This document shows positions 51,850-64,000 of a stretch of DNA of 64,000 bases, one piece after another; position 1 is the stretch's first letter; each line of letters starts with the position of its first letter. The position numbers and the translations under genes are program-made. Under the pieces are notes generated by a model. The model was not told the origin of the DNA, ran no database searches, and saw only the letters and a list, made by a program, of their open reading frames with translations. This DNA is from Octopus sinensis. Lineage: Eukaryota. Where the stretch lies: the NCBI RefSeq assembly GCF_006345805.1, contig NC_043005.1, positions 94,984,001 to 95,048,000 of the forward strand, given 5' to 3'.

Positions 51850-52310
51850 GAATAGCTTTTGGCGTGTTGTAGGGTCTACCAGATAAATCCATCGTGAAGG
51901 TCATACCCATTTCTTTATTTCGGCTATTCGCAAGCAGTTTTTCCTCGTGGTTTAATCAAAATAGAACGTATGGTTTACATTTACAAGACTGGAAGAACTG
52001 AAGACAGACTCTTTACTGTTCGACCAATCCCTCAACTTCTTCAAATTCCTCTTGGAGAGAAGAAAGCGAACAAGGAAATAGAAATGTTACACTTCAGTGA
52101 ATTTGCCAAAAGATCGTTGAGGAAAGTGGGGAATACCCGCTTGGATAGGCCTTTCACTGTCAGCATGTGCCTGTATCCGGAAAACATGAGTGGGAAGGGC
52201 TCTTGCACTTGGTATATATGTTAATCCTGGATACGTGGGATTCCTTGATCTTTTTCTAAGTTGCTATCTCCCTATTGGGACACCTCCGGTCCTACACAAC
52301 CCAAATCTGT
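51850..52310 (+). pseudogene. Possible decayed L1/Tx1-like ORF2 C-terminal fragment
   Basis: Pieces QSLNFFKFLLERR and EIEMLHFSEFAKR resemble Tx1-type C-termini (from memory, weak). Confidence 0.35.
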
Positions 52311-53003
52311 ATTTATATATTTACTTGTTAATTTTCTTTATCTCTATAGCCTTCGCCGTCGAGGCAGATAAAGGAATTATTATCATTACTATGGCGAGTT
52401 GGCAGAATCGTTACCACGTCGGGTAAAGTTCTTAGCGTTATCTCGTCCGTCTTTACGTTCTGAGTTCAAGTTCCGCCGAGGTCGACTTTGCCTTTCATCC
52501 TTTCGGGATCGATCAATTAAGTACCGGTCATACACTGTGGTCGATGCGATCGACTTATCCACTCCCCCCAAATTCAGGCCTTGTGCCTATAGTAGAAGGA
52601 GTTAATAATATTAATTTTACATGCAGTCGACAGAATAGCAGAATCGATAGAGATCAGTGACATTATTGTTCAGCTTGAAGGCCTTCTGTATGATGGTACT
52701 AGTATAAAAATATGGAGACCGCTAGAGATTTCTGGAAGAATGGAATTCTGGGGAAACGCGATTGAACAACATGGATGTGTTTCTTTTATTAATTTATTTT
52801 TATTTTTATAATCTGGGTTTTATAAGGTTAATGATACAGGGAAATATGGCGATATCGGATTCACTTGGCTTTGAAAATGTCTATAATGTGTTAGTTTGGA
52901 GAAGCAGAGGCTATCGTAGAAGAAGCAGAACAGACAGACAGAGGAGGATGCGTAACTTCCGGTTGTTGTTGTTCCTGTTGTTGCTGCTGTTGATGTTGCT
53001 GTT

Positions 53004-53173
53004 GAGCGAACGGTCTGCGTCCCAGAGCTCGCAAGATGGGAGAAGTCCAAAACGTGGTCCTTTGCTATTCGTAAGACCCGCAGAAGAGAAAGCAGGTCAA
53101 CCCCCAACACCGAGAGCATCGACGGATGGATGAATGCGCATCCAGGCTCAGCGGTTGCGTAGGAAGTCGGGGA
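53004..53173 (-). mobile_element. SINE family C, 3' half with (CAA/CAG)n tail
   Basis: Near-identical to 12273-12430 apart from a 12-nt insert. Confidence 0.85.
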
Positions 53174-54188
53174 TGCTGTTGCTGCTCTTGCGTTGTTGAT
53201 TTTATTGTTGTCGCTATTATTGGTGTGTTGTTGGTGTTTAACACTACACGAACTCTGATCGAGTGAACCAACTTATGAAAGACGTTTCAGATGTGACCAT
53301 CTCGTCGTTTGATACATCAGGACTACTTTGTCCTGTGTATCCTGTGACTCGTGCGGTGCAGAATGAATACAATATTCGTTCTGTACTGCGAGTCACCGGT
53401 GATAAAAGTGCTATAAATTAATGTGGTGAACTGGAACATATATATAGTGCAAGACTTTACAAAGTCGCATAATTTTATAACAAAATTAGAAAGTTGATGC
53501 AAAAGAAAATATGGCGCAAAATGCGCTTGGTAAGCAAGTATTAAAACAACAGAGCAGTGGTTCTCAAACGATGCACCACATGGGGTAACTACGTATACTG
53601 CGGACTTAAAGGCGTGGCTGTGTGGTAAGAAGCTTGCTTCCCAACCACATGGTTCCTGGTTCAGTCCCACTACAAATGGGGCGGCATTTCTGGGTCTACT
53701 TCATAAGCCTGTATAGGTTGTGTAAGCTCCGGAAATGGAGACGCAAAATAAAAGGTTGACCCGAAGGGTACACATTCGAGCTACGCTAGTAGCGTTGGCC
53801 CAAGTTTTGTTATTGAAAACGGTGAACTATGCGGAAGCCCGTCAGAGTACCTATAATTCAAAGAACCAGGTGCTATTAAGTTAGACGTGGCCTGGGCCAA
53901 CACTGGCCAAAACCTTTCTAAATTATTCTAAGTTACTGACTCATCGCTGATTCTATCGGAAGATTACGTTAATGGTACACGCATCTTTGGAATACTCAGC
54001 CATTTACACGCGAATTCAATGAGTAGGTAGTTCAGTTGATCGGGTAACTGAATGCTCATTGTCGAAAGCGACTGAGATCCATTTACTATGAAGTTTGAAG
54101 AAAACGTCGCATTCATGTCTATTGAGCTCTTACACACACACACACATTTTCTGTCTGTCTGTCTGTCTCCTCTCTCTCCCTCTTTCTT

Positions 54189-54243
<55 letters not shown>

Positions 54244-55051
54244 TCTCTCTCTCACTTTCTGCTACCATGTGGCTGCGTGTGTTCGCGTGTGTATTCAATA
54301 AACATACTACATACAATGAATGCCTACTGAAATTTACCGAGGGGAAAAAGGTACTTAACATTGCTGTCGCGTGGTTTACATGGAGCTAATTCGTTTAATC
54401 TCTCCCCCCCTCTCTCTCTCACACACACATACACACACCAACACATAGAAGTATATGTTTATGTATGTGCTTGTATGTATGAGTATTTCTCTCTCTCATT
54501 CTTTCTTTCGCCCTCTCTCTTCTCCTCTACTAGAGTGCGAGCGTGTGTGTGTGTGAGTGTGTGTATGTGTGTTGTACAGAAACACACACAGAACACACAT
54601 ATACGCACACCTATACATGTACATATAAATAGATGTATATGTGTCTATGTGTGTATTCGTATGTGTGCGCATAGGGGCATGTGTGTATAGTGCTTGTTTC
54701 TCTCTTTCTCTCCTCTCTGTCTCTCTCTCCCTCACGTTCGCTCTGTGTGTGCGTGCGTGTGTGTGTGTGTGTGTGTGTGTGCGTGTGTGTACAAGCAGTT
54801 CCGTCCATCCCGTCTTCAGACCTCTCTTTAACTTTCCCGCGCTCTCTTTCACACTTTCCTTCATATCATCCTTTCACTCGCTTCATCTTTGTTCTTCGCT
54901 CTTTCCTCCCTCGCCGACACACACACTTCTTCTTGCTCCCTTTACTTATCCTCCTACTTTCCCCTATTTTTCTCATTCTTCCCTCTTCTCTACCTTCATT
55001 CATCTTTATCTCTTTTCTTCTCTTTATCTCTCACTTTCTCTCTCTGTCTCT

Positions 55052-55085
<34 letters not shown>

Positions 55086-55549
55086 TTTCTCTTCTCCTGC
55101 TACTCATAGATGTCATCCAGTTTATCTTCACAAACGCTCCACTTACACTCCCTGCTATCCGTATACAGCTAGACAAACATACAAATTACACGCATACACA
55201 CACAGACGCACACATACACATTATTATACAAGTGTATATGTGTGTGTGTACGAACTTCCAAACATACACATACATTTGAGCACATTTACACAATTTTATA
55301 CCACTCACTGTAATTCAAACACACACACATATATACACATACATACATACATACATACATACATACATACATACATACATAGACACACACACACACACAC
55401 ACATCGAACACAATTTACATAATGTATATACATATGCATTAAAGTGTGTATTTATATATATATATATACATCTTAAACATGCACCTATATACATTTATAA
55501 ATATTTAAAAGAAACCATAAACAACTCCAAACCTACCTACGTAAACACA

Positions 55550-55602
<53 letters not shown>

Positions 55603-55860
55603 ACACACAAGTATTCCGTATACGCATATATATATATACGCTGGCTTGTACATATAGCGGAGTTCACCATTCCGCTGGACCACACTCGCTTCTAAACAAC
55701 CCTCACACACAGAACGGCGCCAAAACCTTAACATGGATCTTATAGTCAGGAATTTCTTTCGTCCGGTGAGATTTTAATATAGTATTGCCATTGACTTAAT
55801 CATAATTTCCATTATCACTAACTGTAGAAACTAATACTTATATTGTTTCAAAATAGAAAC

Positions 55861-55917
<57 letters not shown>

Positions 55918-56112
55918 GTTTATATATGTGTGCGTTGATGTTTTTTTTTATTTTTTTGTAAGCCTGTTAGCCACAAGATTGATGGATGAGATTATAATAT
56001 AATGTTAGAAATTAAATACTATTGGTACGCTTGTGCGTATATGTACATGTTTCATAGACACACGCACATACACACACACATGCATACATACATACATACG
56101 CACATATATATT

Positions 56113-56163
<51 letters not shown>

Positions 56164-57603
56164 CAAATTATACAACTATATATCCCAATGTAAGAGTTGT
56201 AAATACATTAAAAATACATTTTTTATGGTGTGCATGCCATTATCTTTTATTGGACTATCAAAAGTTGACAGTCTTCTCCAGAGTTTCTGCCTGGGTTTGG
56301 CTACTCACGACACTCATATACTGCCCAGCTACGGTTGAAACTCTGAGTACACACAATCAACTTTTGTTGTATAATAAATACATAAGGCAGCCAGTTGGCA
56401 GGATCTTTAGCACACCGGACTAAATATTTAGCGTCATTTCGTTCGTCTTTTACGTTCTGAATTTAAATTCCCTTAGGTCGATTTTGCCTTCATCCTTTTG
56501 GGGTCGATAAAATAACTGAAATTGCTGGCCTTGTGCCAACATTTGAAGCCGAAGCATTCTTTCGATATAACTTGACAAAGTCAAAACATTCCACTTCGAG
56601 TATTTCCGTGGGTTGTGGAGTATAGATATAACGAGATTATGCCAGCAATGTCTCATTTTAAAGTTGAAGAAAAAAAGCCTTGCATATTTGTTCTTACCTG
56701 TTTCGTTTGTGTATGTAAAATCCGCAAATTTCCAAGCAGAAAACAGAATCGAACTGTCATTTGCTTCCACGGAAATACCCGAAGTGAAATGTTTTGATTT
56801 TTGTCGAGTTATATCGAAAGAATGCCGAAGCCGAGATATATAATAAACACACACATGTATACGCACACACATACATATGCGCACTACATTGTTGGGTTTC
56901 GATCCAGAATATTCAGCTCAGCATTATTAATTTTTTTTTTTGTACTTTTTCTCCTCCTCCTGAACACAAAAACTTTTATACCTAATCAAAACATACTAAA
57001 TTTCTCGGGGTCAGTTAAGGAGTCTCTACGTGATCGCTTAAATAACAACCATATCTCCCTATTTCTTAAGAAGACAAGCACACATAAGATAATGTGGTCT
57101 CAGACACATTATTGTGTCTAAAAGAAAGATGTTACGGTCACGGCTGGAAGTCCTTTTCATGCATAGTTCTGCTGGAAGAGGATTGTCCTGGGACTAAACA
57201 ACAATAAATTCTTCCGAGAACATGTCCACGTTACGGTTTCAAGTCCGAGATCGGAATCGAGTACGTATTGTTCCTCGACAGTCTTTCAATGAATCGAGTA
57301 CACAATTCAATTTCGGTGTTAATTCCCATTTGAAAATGTTACTTCACTAACGCAGTTGAGAGAGGCATAAACGCCATCGCCTCACATTGTCATATATTCA
57401 ATGGGTGGTCTTTCGTCTAAGTATATAAAATGTCCGACAATAAAATGAATCTTTAATCTTTTACTGGTTTCAGTCATTGGACTGCGACCATACCAGAACA
57501 TCGATTTGGAAGGTTTTAGTCAAACTGAGTCCAGTACTTATTTTTAAAGACTAGCACTTATTTCTGTCGGTTTCTTATGTCGAACCTCAAACACACACAT
57601 GCA

Positions 57604-57676
<73 letters not shown>

Positions 57677-57723
57677 TTCTCTTTCTCTCTCTCCCTTTCT
57701 CTTTCTCTCTCTCCCTCTCTCTT

Positions 57724-57771
<48 letters not shown>

Positions 57772-58800
57772 CGAACTTCCATGCAGTTTCTGTCTACCAA
57801 ATTCACTCACAAAGTCTTAGTTGGCTCTGGGCTACAGTAGAAAACACTGTCCTAAAGTGTCACGCAGTGGGACTGAACCCGAAGCCACATGTTAAAAAAA
57901 AATTCTCTTCACCACACAGCCATGTCTGCTTCTATAGCATAAAGCTGACAGATTGTTCTTTACTTTTCCATTTTTTCTTAATTGAATAATACATATTTAA
58001 TGGCTGAATGTAGAAAACAAAACTCGTGTAACAATAGCGGAGGACTTCATCATTAATAATAAAGATCTGACTCAAAGGAATTGCCTGTCGATGAGATATT
58101 CACCAGATAACTCATGATATTGATTCTATAATTAAGTTTCTTGCAGCTGTCAAATTTCAACATTAATGTCTTATATAATGTTTTTTCGGCTTCGGGATTC
58201 TAAGCGGCCCTCACCCACCCCAAAAAATAACGAAAAAAATCATTCGAATTTTAGTGAAAAACAAAAATAATGATTATTCTTGCACTTCGAAAATGGTTTT
58301 ATAAGTGAAAAATCAATTTCAGTTTCATTCTATTGCCATACATTTTATACACCTAAAACGAAATATTGCCATCCACTGATGAGTTAGTTTGTTCAAAATC
58401 ATTGGTTTTCTTTGTTTTTTGTTTTGTTTTGTTTTTTTGCTTTGTTTGTTTATCGGTGCTGTCGTTCTTGCAGTGGTGCATGTAGTACAGTGGTAAAGCG
58501 TTATGTTTTCTGCCATTCGAGTCTGAAGGAATAACGGTTTCGATTCCTAGTTGGACGACTCCTCTTTTATTCTAATTATTGATTCAATATATTCATCTTT
58601 TCCTAGCAGACTCGGGAGAAAGTTTTAAAAATTCGCTTCTCAATCACGTAGATCTGGATTCGGTTACTCTGTGTGGTACCTTCTGCTATCGTTAAAATAA
58701 GCACAAGACTTTCAAATAAATACAGGGCCGATACGATTAGCTAAACCTTTGAAGGCGGTGCCCCAACATGGCCACAGTCCAGTGGCCAAAGCTAATAAAG

Positions 58801-58864
<64 letters not shown>

Positions 58865-59811
58865 TCACACACACACACACACACACATAAAACAAATTGT
58901 TTCTTTTTTAATATTGAACGCCAAACTATATGCTTTATTTATGTTGCTGCCGTCGGAAATATTAGACCGGGGTGAGGATGAGGGAGAAACAAAATCCGAA
59001 ATGGGCTCAGCTGGATTGCAATCGATCAGAACTGACCTAGGTCAAAATAACAACAATTGAATGAGTTATCATTGTCTCCTCTTAAATAGCACAAACCTTT
59101 ATATTTGGGATTACAAATTCTTGCTGTGATATGTTCGTTTATATTTTTGTCTCCTGATAATTAAATACGTTTTGCTTTATAATATTCTTTTTTATAATCC
59201 ACGTTAATCTTAATTCGGATAGATCCCCGATAATCCAGTATCGTTTAGATATATTCTCTAGTGGGATTTTGCTATCATTTTATTCATTTATTTTCATATC
59301 ATGTCATTCTCTGAACAACGGTCAAATCACAGGTTCACTCCACTACATCTCTGAATCGGGAGTGACAAGAGAGTGCCTATGCAACTCGGGCGGAATAAAT
59401 ACCGCAAGATGTATTTGTTCGAAAGGACCGATTTAAGGGTGTTCTCGTCGATCGGCGAAAGATATTCGCATTTTCATGGAAATCTCTTCCCATAAACTCT
59501 GTTATCAGTATTATTAGCAGCAGTAAAACCGCAAGCAAGCAGAATCATTTGCGCACCGAACAAAACACTTCGCTGTACTTCTTCCAGCTTTACGTCCTGT
59601 GTCCAAATTCTGCCGAGGTCGACCTTGTCTTTCATCCTTTCGGAGTCGATAAAATAAATACCAGTGAAGCACTGGGGTCTATAATCAGCTAGGCCCCTCC
59701 TCACCACGATTCAGGCCTTGTGCTTATAGTTGAAAGAATCAGTAGTAGTAGCGGTGGTGATGGTGGTGGTGTTGTAGTATTTTGGCGGTGGTATGATAGG
59801 ATTTATTCTTT

Positions 59812-60416
59812 TCTACAAGGCCCGAAATTTTGGAGGATGGAGTGCCAGTCGATTAGCTCGATCCTAGTGCGCAACTGGTACTTAATTTATCGACCCCGAA
59901 AGGATGACAGGCAAAGTCGACCTCGGCGGAATTTGAACTCAGATCGTAAAGACAGACGAAATACCGCTAAGCATTTCGCCCGGCGTGCTAACGTTTCTTA
60001 TTTTTTTTACTGCCCACAAGGGGCTAAACATAGAGGAGACAAACAAGGACAGACAAAGGGATTAAGTCGATTACATCGACCCCAGTACTCAACTGGTATT
60101 TACTTTATCGACCCCGAAAGTATGAAAGGCAAAATCGACCTCGGCGGAATTTGAACTCAAAACGTAACTGCAGACGAAATACCTATTTCTTTACTACCCA
60201 CAAGGGGCTAAATACAGAGAGGAGAAACAAGGACAGACAAACGGATTAAGTCGATTATATCGACCCCAGTGCGTAACTGGTACTTAATTTATCGACCCCG
60301 AAAGGATGAAAGGCAAAGCCGACCTCGGCGGAATTTGAACTCACAACGTAACAGCAGACGAAATACGGCTACGCATTTCGCCCGGCGTGCTAATGTTTCT
60401 GCCAGCTCGCCGCCTT
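59812..60416 (-). mobile_element. Head-to-tail multimer of SINE family B
   Basis: Three consecutive units containing gtcgacctcggcggaatttgaactc-like segments. Confidence 0.8.
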
Positions 60417-62889
60417 GCTGGTAGGATTTACTGCACGTCGAATAAATTGTTCCGGCCTATTACGTTCTGAGTTCAAATCCCGCTGATTTGATTTTGCCTT
60501 TCATCTCTCCACGGTCGATAAAATAAAATACCAAACAAGTAATGAAGGCGATATTATTGACCGATCCCTTCTCTCAAAATTACTGGATTTGTGCTTAAAT
60601 TAGGAATACATATTATTTCTTGGCGCCAGTCCAGTTTCGTATGAAGTATAAACAGTTTCAAATTGGGATGGAAATGTTTGGTTTTTCACCAAAAGAAACC
60701 CTTTTTTACACTTTCTCATCAGCTGTTCAACACGTCACTTTTGCTTGTTCACACCTTTTCCCTTTCAAAACTTAAATATAAATAATGAAATAACTGCGAT
60801 CATTCAACAATTTCGAAATAAAAAACATTTGTTGGAAATAGATAAATAACTTTTAAATATTTCTAAGAAAGATCGGAAGTTATGAAATAGTTTAAAAAAA
60901 GAAAAGGAAAACGGGGTTGGCTAGATCTGTTGACAAGATTCGTGAGAGTAGAAGAAAAAAGTGTGATAAAGGGAAACTGGATTGGCGTCCAAAGACGTTC
61001 CAACCTGACCATCCCATCTTTTTCTCTTTCTTCTTTCCAGATATTGAGTAGATTCCTCAAATTATATTATATATCCTTTATCTTGTATCTTTTACTTGTT
61101 TCAGTCATTGGACTGCAGTCATGCTGGAGCATCACCTTGAAGGGTTTACTCGAAATAGTTGACCCCAGCACTTACTTTTTAAGCTCGGTACTTATTCTAT
61201 CAGTATCATTTGTCGAGCCGCTAAGTTACAGAGCGGTAAACAAACCAACACCGGTTGTCAAGTGATGGTCAGGGGACAAACACAGATACCAAACACACAC
61301 ACACATCGAGCTGGTCGAGAGAACCCTCGCTGGTTCGTCTCTTACAGTCTTGGTTATTGTTTGTTTGGTGCTGTTGTTTAATCCCAAACCAGTCTTGATC
61401 TGGCAGATCGACGGTTAACTGCATTCCGGCAGTGAGTGGTTTGTTTTGAGAGAAAATTTGACTGTTATTTCTTGTGGGTCGAGTGACTGATTGTTGTTGG
61501 TGGTGTTTCACCCTATATCACTCCTGGCTGTGCAGACATATGATCAAAGACGTCCCAGCCATGACCAGCTCATAATTTTTTTCTCTCATTATGTAACACA
61601 CGAGTAACATGAGGGCTAATTTGGTGTCCTAAGTCTAGTTGGTCGAACGGCTGTGTAGAGGATTCCTCGTTACTCTAGTAGATGTTACTTGCCGAAGATG
61701 TCATGCGGCAGGACCGAACCCAAGACCTCATGATTGTGAAGCGAACTATTAACCATTAGACCATTCTGTGTATGTTATTTCTATGTAAAAAGACATATAT
61801 ATGTGTGTATAAACGCAAGTTGTTTCCATATAGAATGAAAATAAACATATATCGTGTACGTGTGGAATGACATTTCCATTCTTACAAAACTAAAGCAACG
61901 AACATGTCAAATTTTAGAAAAACGTTTTTCCGGATTTTCTTAAATAATGTCTAAAAGGCTTTACAAATGTGCTCTCTTCACATGATGGCCAGATACATAA
62001 ATAGAAGTGTACATTTCGTTTGCATTTGAAGTGTTTACAATCGCGATTTAAAACTTGTCTTGTGGGGTATTTATGAATTTAAGGAGGAAATTGTTTCTAA
62101 CAATTGTTGAACAGTTATTTATCGTTATTCCGGCTGTTTTTGCTCGATTCAATTTCCTAAATTTTGGTTTCAACCCTTTAGCATTTAAAATAATCATACT
62201 TGTCCCAAATATTCTATTCGTTTTATGCTCAAACTGGTCAGATTTGGCCCCTCTTACCTACCCTACCATGTCATTCTAAAAATAAACAATCATATTACTG
62301 AAATCTCGAAGCTACGAAATAATGCGTGATTAATACAAAACAATATGAATAAATAAGCATTAGGATTTGACAGAGAAATCTGAATGTTAAAGGATGTGAA
62401 CGTTAGAATGTTATAAGGCAGCAAACGGGCAGAATCGTTATTGCCGATTTTACGTTCTGAGTTCAAATTCCGCCGAGGTCGTCTTGCCTTTCGACGTCAA
62501 TAAAATAAGTACCAGTTGAACACTGAGGTCGATTTAACTGACAACGACCCTTCCGCATATTTCAGGCCATGTGCCTATAGTAGATGGTCGTATTAGGATG
62601 TTGCTGTTTTGCTATAAGTTGTGTTGTGAGCAAAATTACATTTTTCGTATCACATATGAGCGGATCAAGCGTGTGAAATGACAAGGGAAGTAATACGGAA
62701 AATTATCAAGCAATATTGCTTTGGATCTATTTTCGATGTGAACGATCCCGTCGCCAGCGATCTCGGGAAGACCCGTAAAGTATAATTAGTGTTTTTTTCG
62801 TATTTTTTCTTGTTTCCTTTTTGTTTGAGAAAATGTGTTGAGCCTGTTGTGAGTATGTTTCTGTCTATGTGTGCGTAAGTATGAGTGTA

Positions 62890-62920
<31 letters not shown>

Positions 62921-63342
62921 ACGTGAGTGAGTGTAAGAGACAGAGTGAGTTATAATTAAAACTATGCCATGATTTACCTGCTGTAAAATGATCGTATGCA
63001 TTTAATGATATAGTTTCACATACGAACACACTCACATGCATATGTGTACGCATACATACATACATACATACATACATACATACATACATACATACAAACA
63101 TACATACATGCATGCATGCATGCATACATACACACACACACACATACACACAAATACATACATACATATTCTGATATGTGTCAGCATATAGAAGGATTGC
63201 CGTTTAATCCCAAGATTAAAGAGACCAGTCGCACAAAAAAGAGCTAAATACGTTTTAGTACGTAGACTATATTTATTTATATTTTAAATATAAACCCCAC
63301 TACGATGCCAACATCTCAAATGTCTCCATCTATTTCAGGTGC

Positions 63343-63374
<32 letters not shown>

Positions 63375-63382
63375 ATATGCCT

Positions 63383-63420
63383 GCACCCGAGGAAAGTCGT
63401 GAGACTTGAAACGTTAGTCC
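63383..63420 (+). ncRNA. Minimal hammerhead variant (U4C) with weak stem I
   Basis: GCAC-CCGAGGA-AAGTC-GTGA-GACTT-GAAACGTTA-GTCC. 5-bp stem II with a GNRA loop, AACGTT palindrome, directly after a (TG)n tract. Confidence 0.55.
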
Positions 63421-63502
63421 CCCACCCACCCAGCGTAGGGTTTACATTATTTAAACTAAAAATGTATGTTTAGATAAAAAGAGAGAAAGAAAGAAAGAAG
63501 AG

Positions 63503-63615
<113 letters not shown>

Positions 63616-63851
63616 TGTTTCTTTATTGGCCACACAGGGCTGAACACAGAGGGGACAAAATACAAAGTAGAGCTTTTCTTTCTCACAGAAATGTCATAAT
63701 GTAAAAGGGGAAATAGATTAGGTCTATTCGTCGAAAGAAAAGCCTACGGAAAAGATAGATAAATAGATTGATCCACGAACCCATAGAAATAATCCTACAT
63801 GTCCATCTCTAATATTCTATTGTAATTTTAGTAATCTTTCTCATCTTTCTC

Positions 63852-63897
<46 letters not shown>

Positions 63898-64000
63898 TAC
63901 TTTCCTCTGATTTAGTTCCAATCTATCTCCAACTGTTCCTCTACTTCACCTCTCCGCACACACACACACACACACACTCTCTCTCTCTCTCTCTCTCTCT

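Noticed and set aside
50145-51872. Long ORFs of 449-575 aa in several frames, and all YIYI/HTHT/LSLS/CVCV ORFs elsewhere
   Set aside because: Translations of microsatellites that lack stop codons, with no protein-like complexity.

Overview
Eukaryotic, AT-rich DNA saturated with microsatellites. The SINE families and repeat landscape most resemble a coleoid cephalopod, probably Octopus (inferred from memory, no database search). Almost every ORF in the supplied track is a microsatellite artefact. Real coding signal is limited to a 5'-truncated R4/Dong-type non-LTR retrotransposon (6.2-7.8 kb), a full-length but broken mariner (47.9-49.2 kb), decayed Merlin, RTE, RLE and L1/Tx1-like fragments, and two in-phase putative exons of an unidentified host gene (29.9-30.8 kb). 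At least four SINE families, several MITEs and a solo LTR are also present. Main result: at least 12 type-I hammerhead-ribozyme motifs lie in short non-coding islands, mostly in or beside (TA)n/(CA)n tracts, as expected for Penelope-like pLTRs or retrozymes. Several have intact catalytic cores, one has a compensatory U3:A8 core, some variants recur (U.U at the base of stem II, U4C, A6U), and three loci carry inverted pairs. Second result: a solo LTR whose end is a tandem array of 'LTR terminus + tRNA-Trp primer-binding site' units separated by unique spacers. Third: near-perfect fold-back inversions and locally templated insertions, several of them nucleated at microsatellites.
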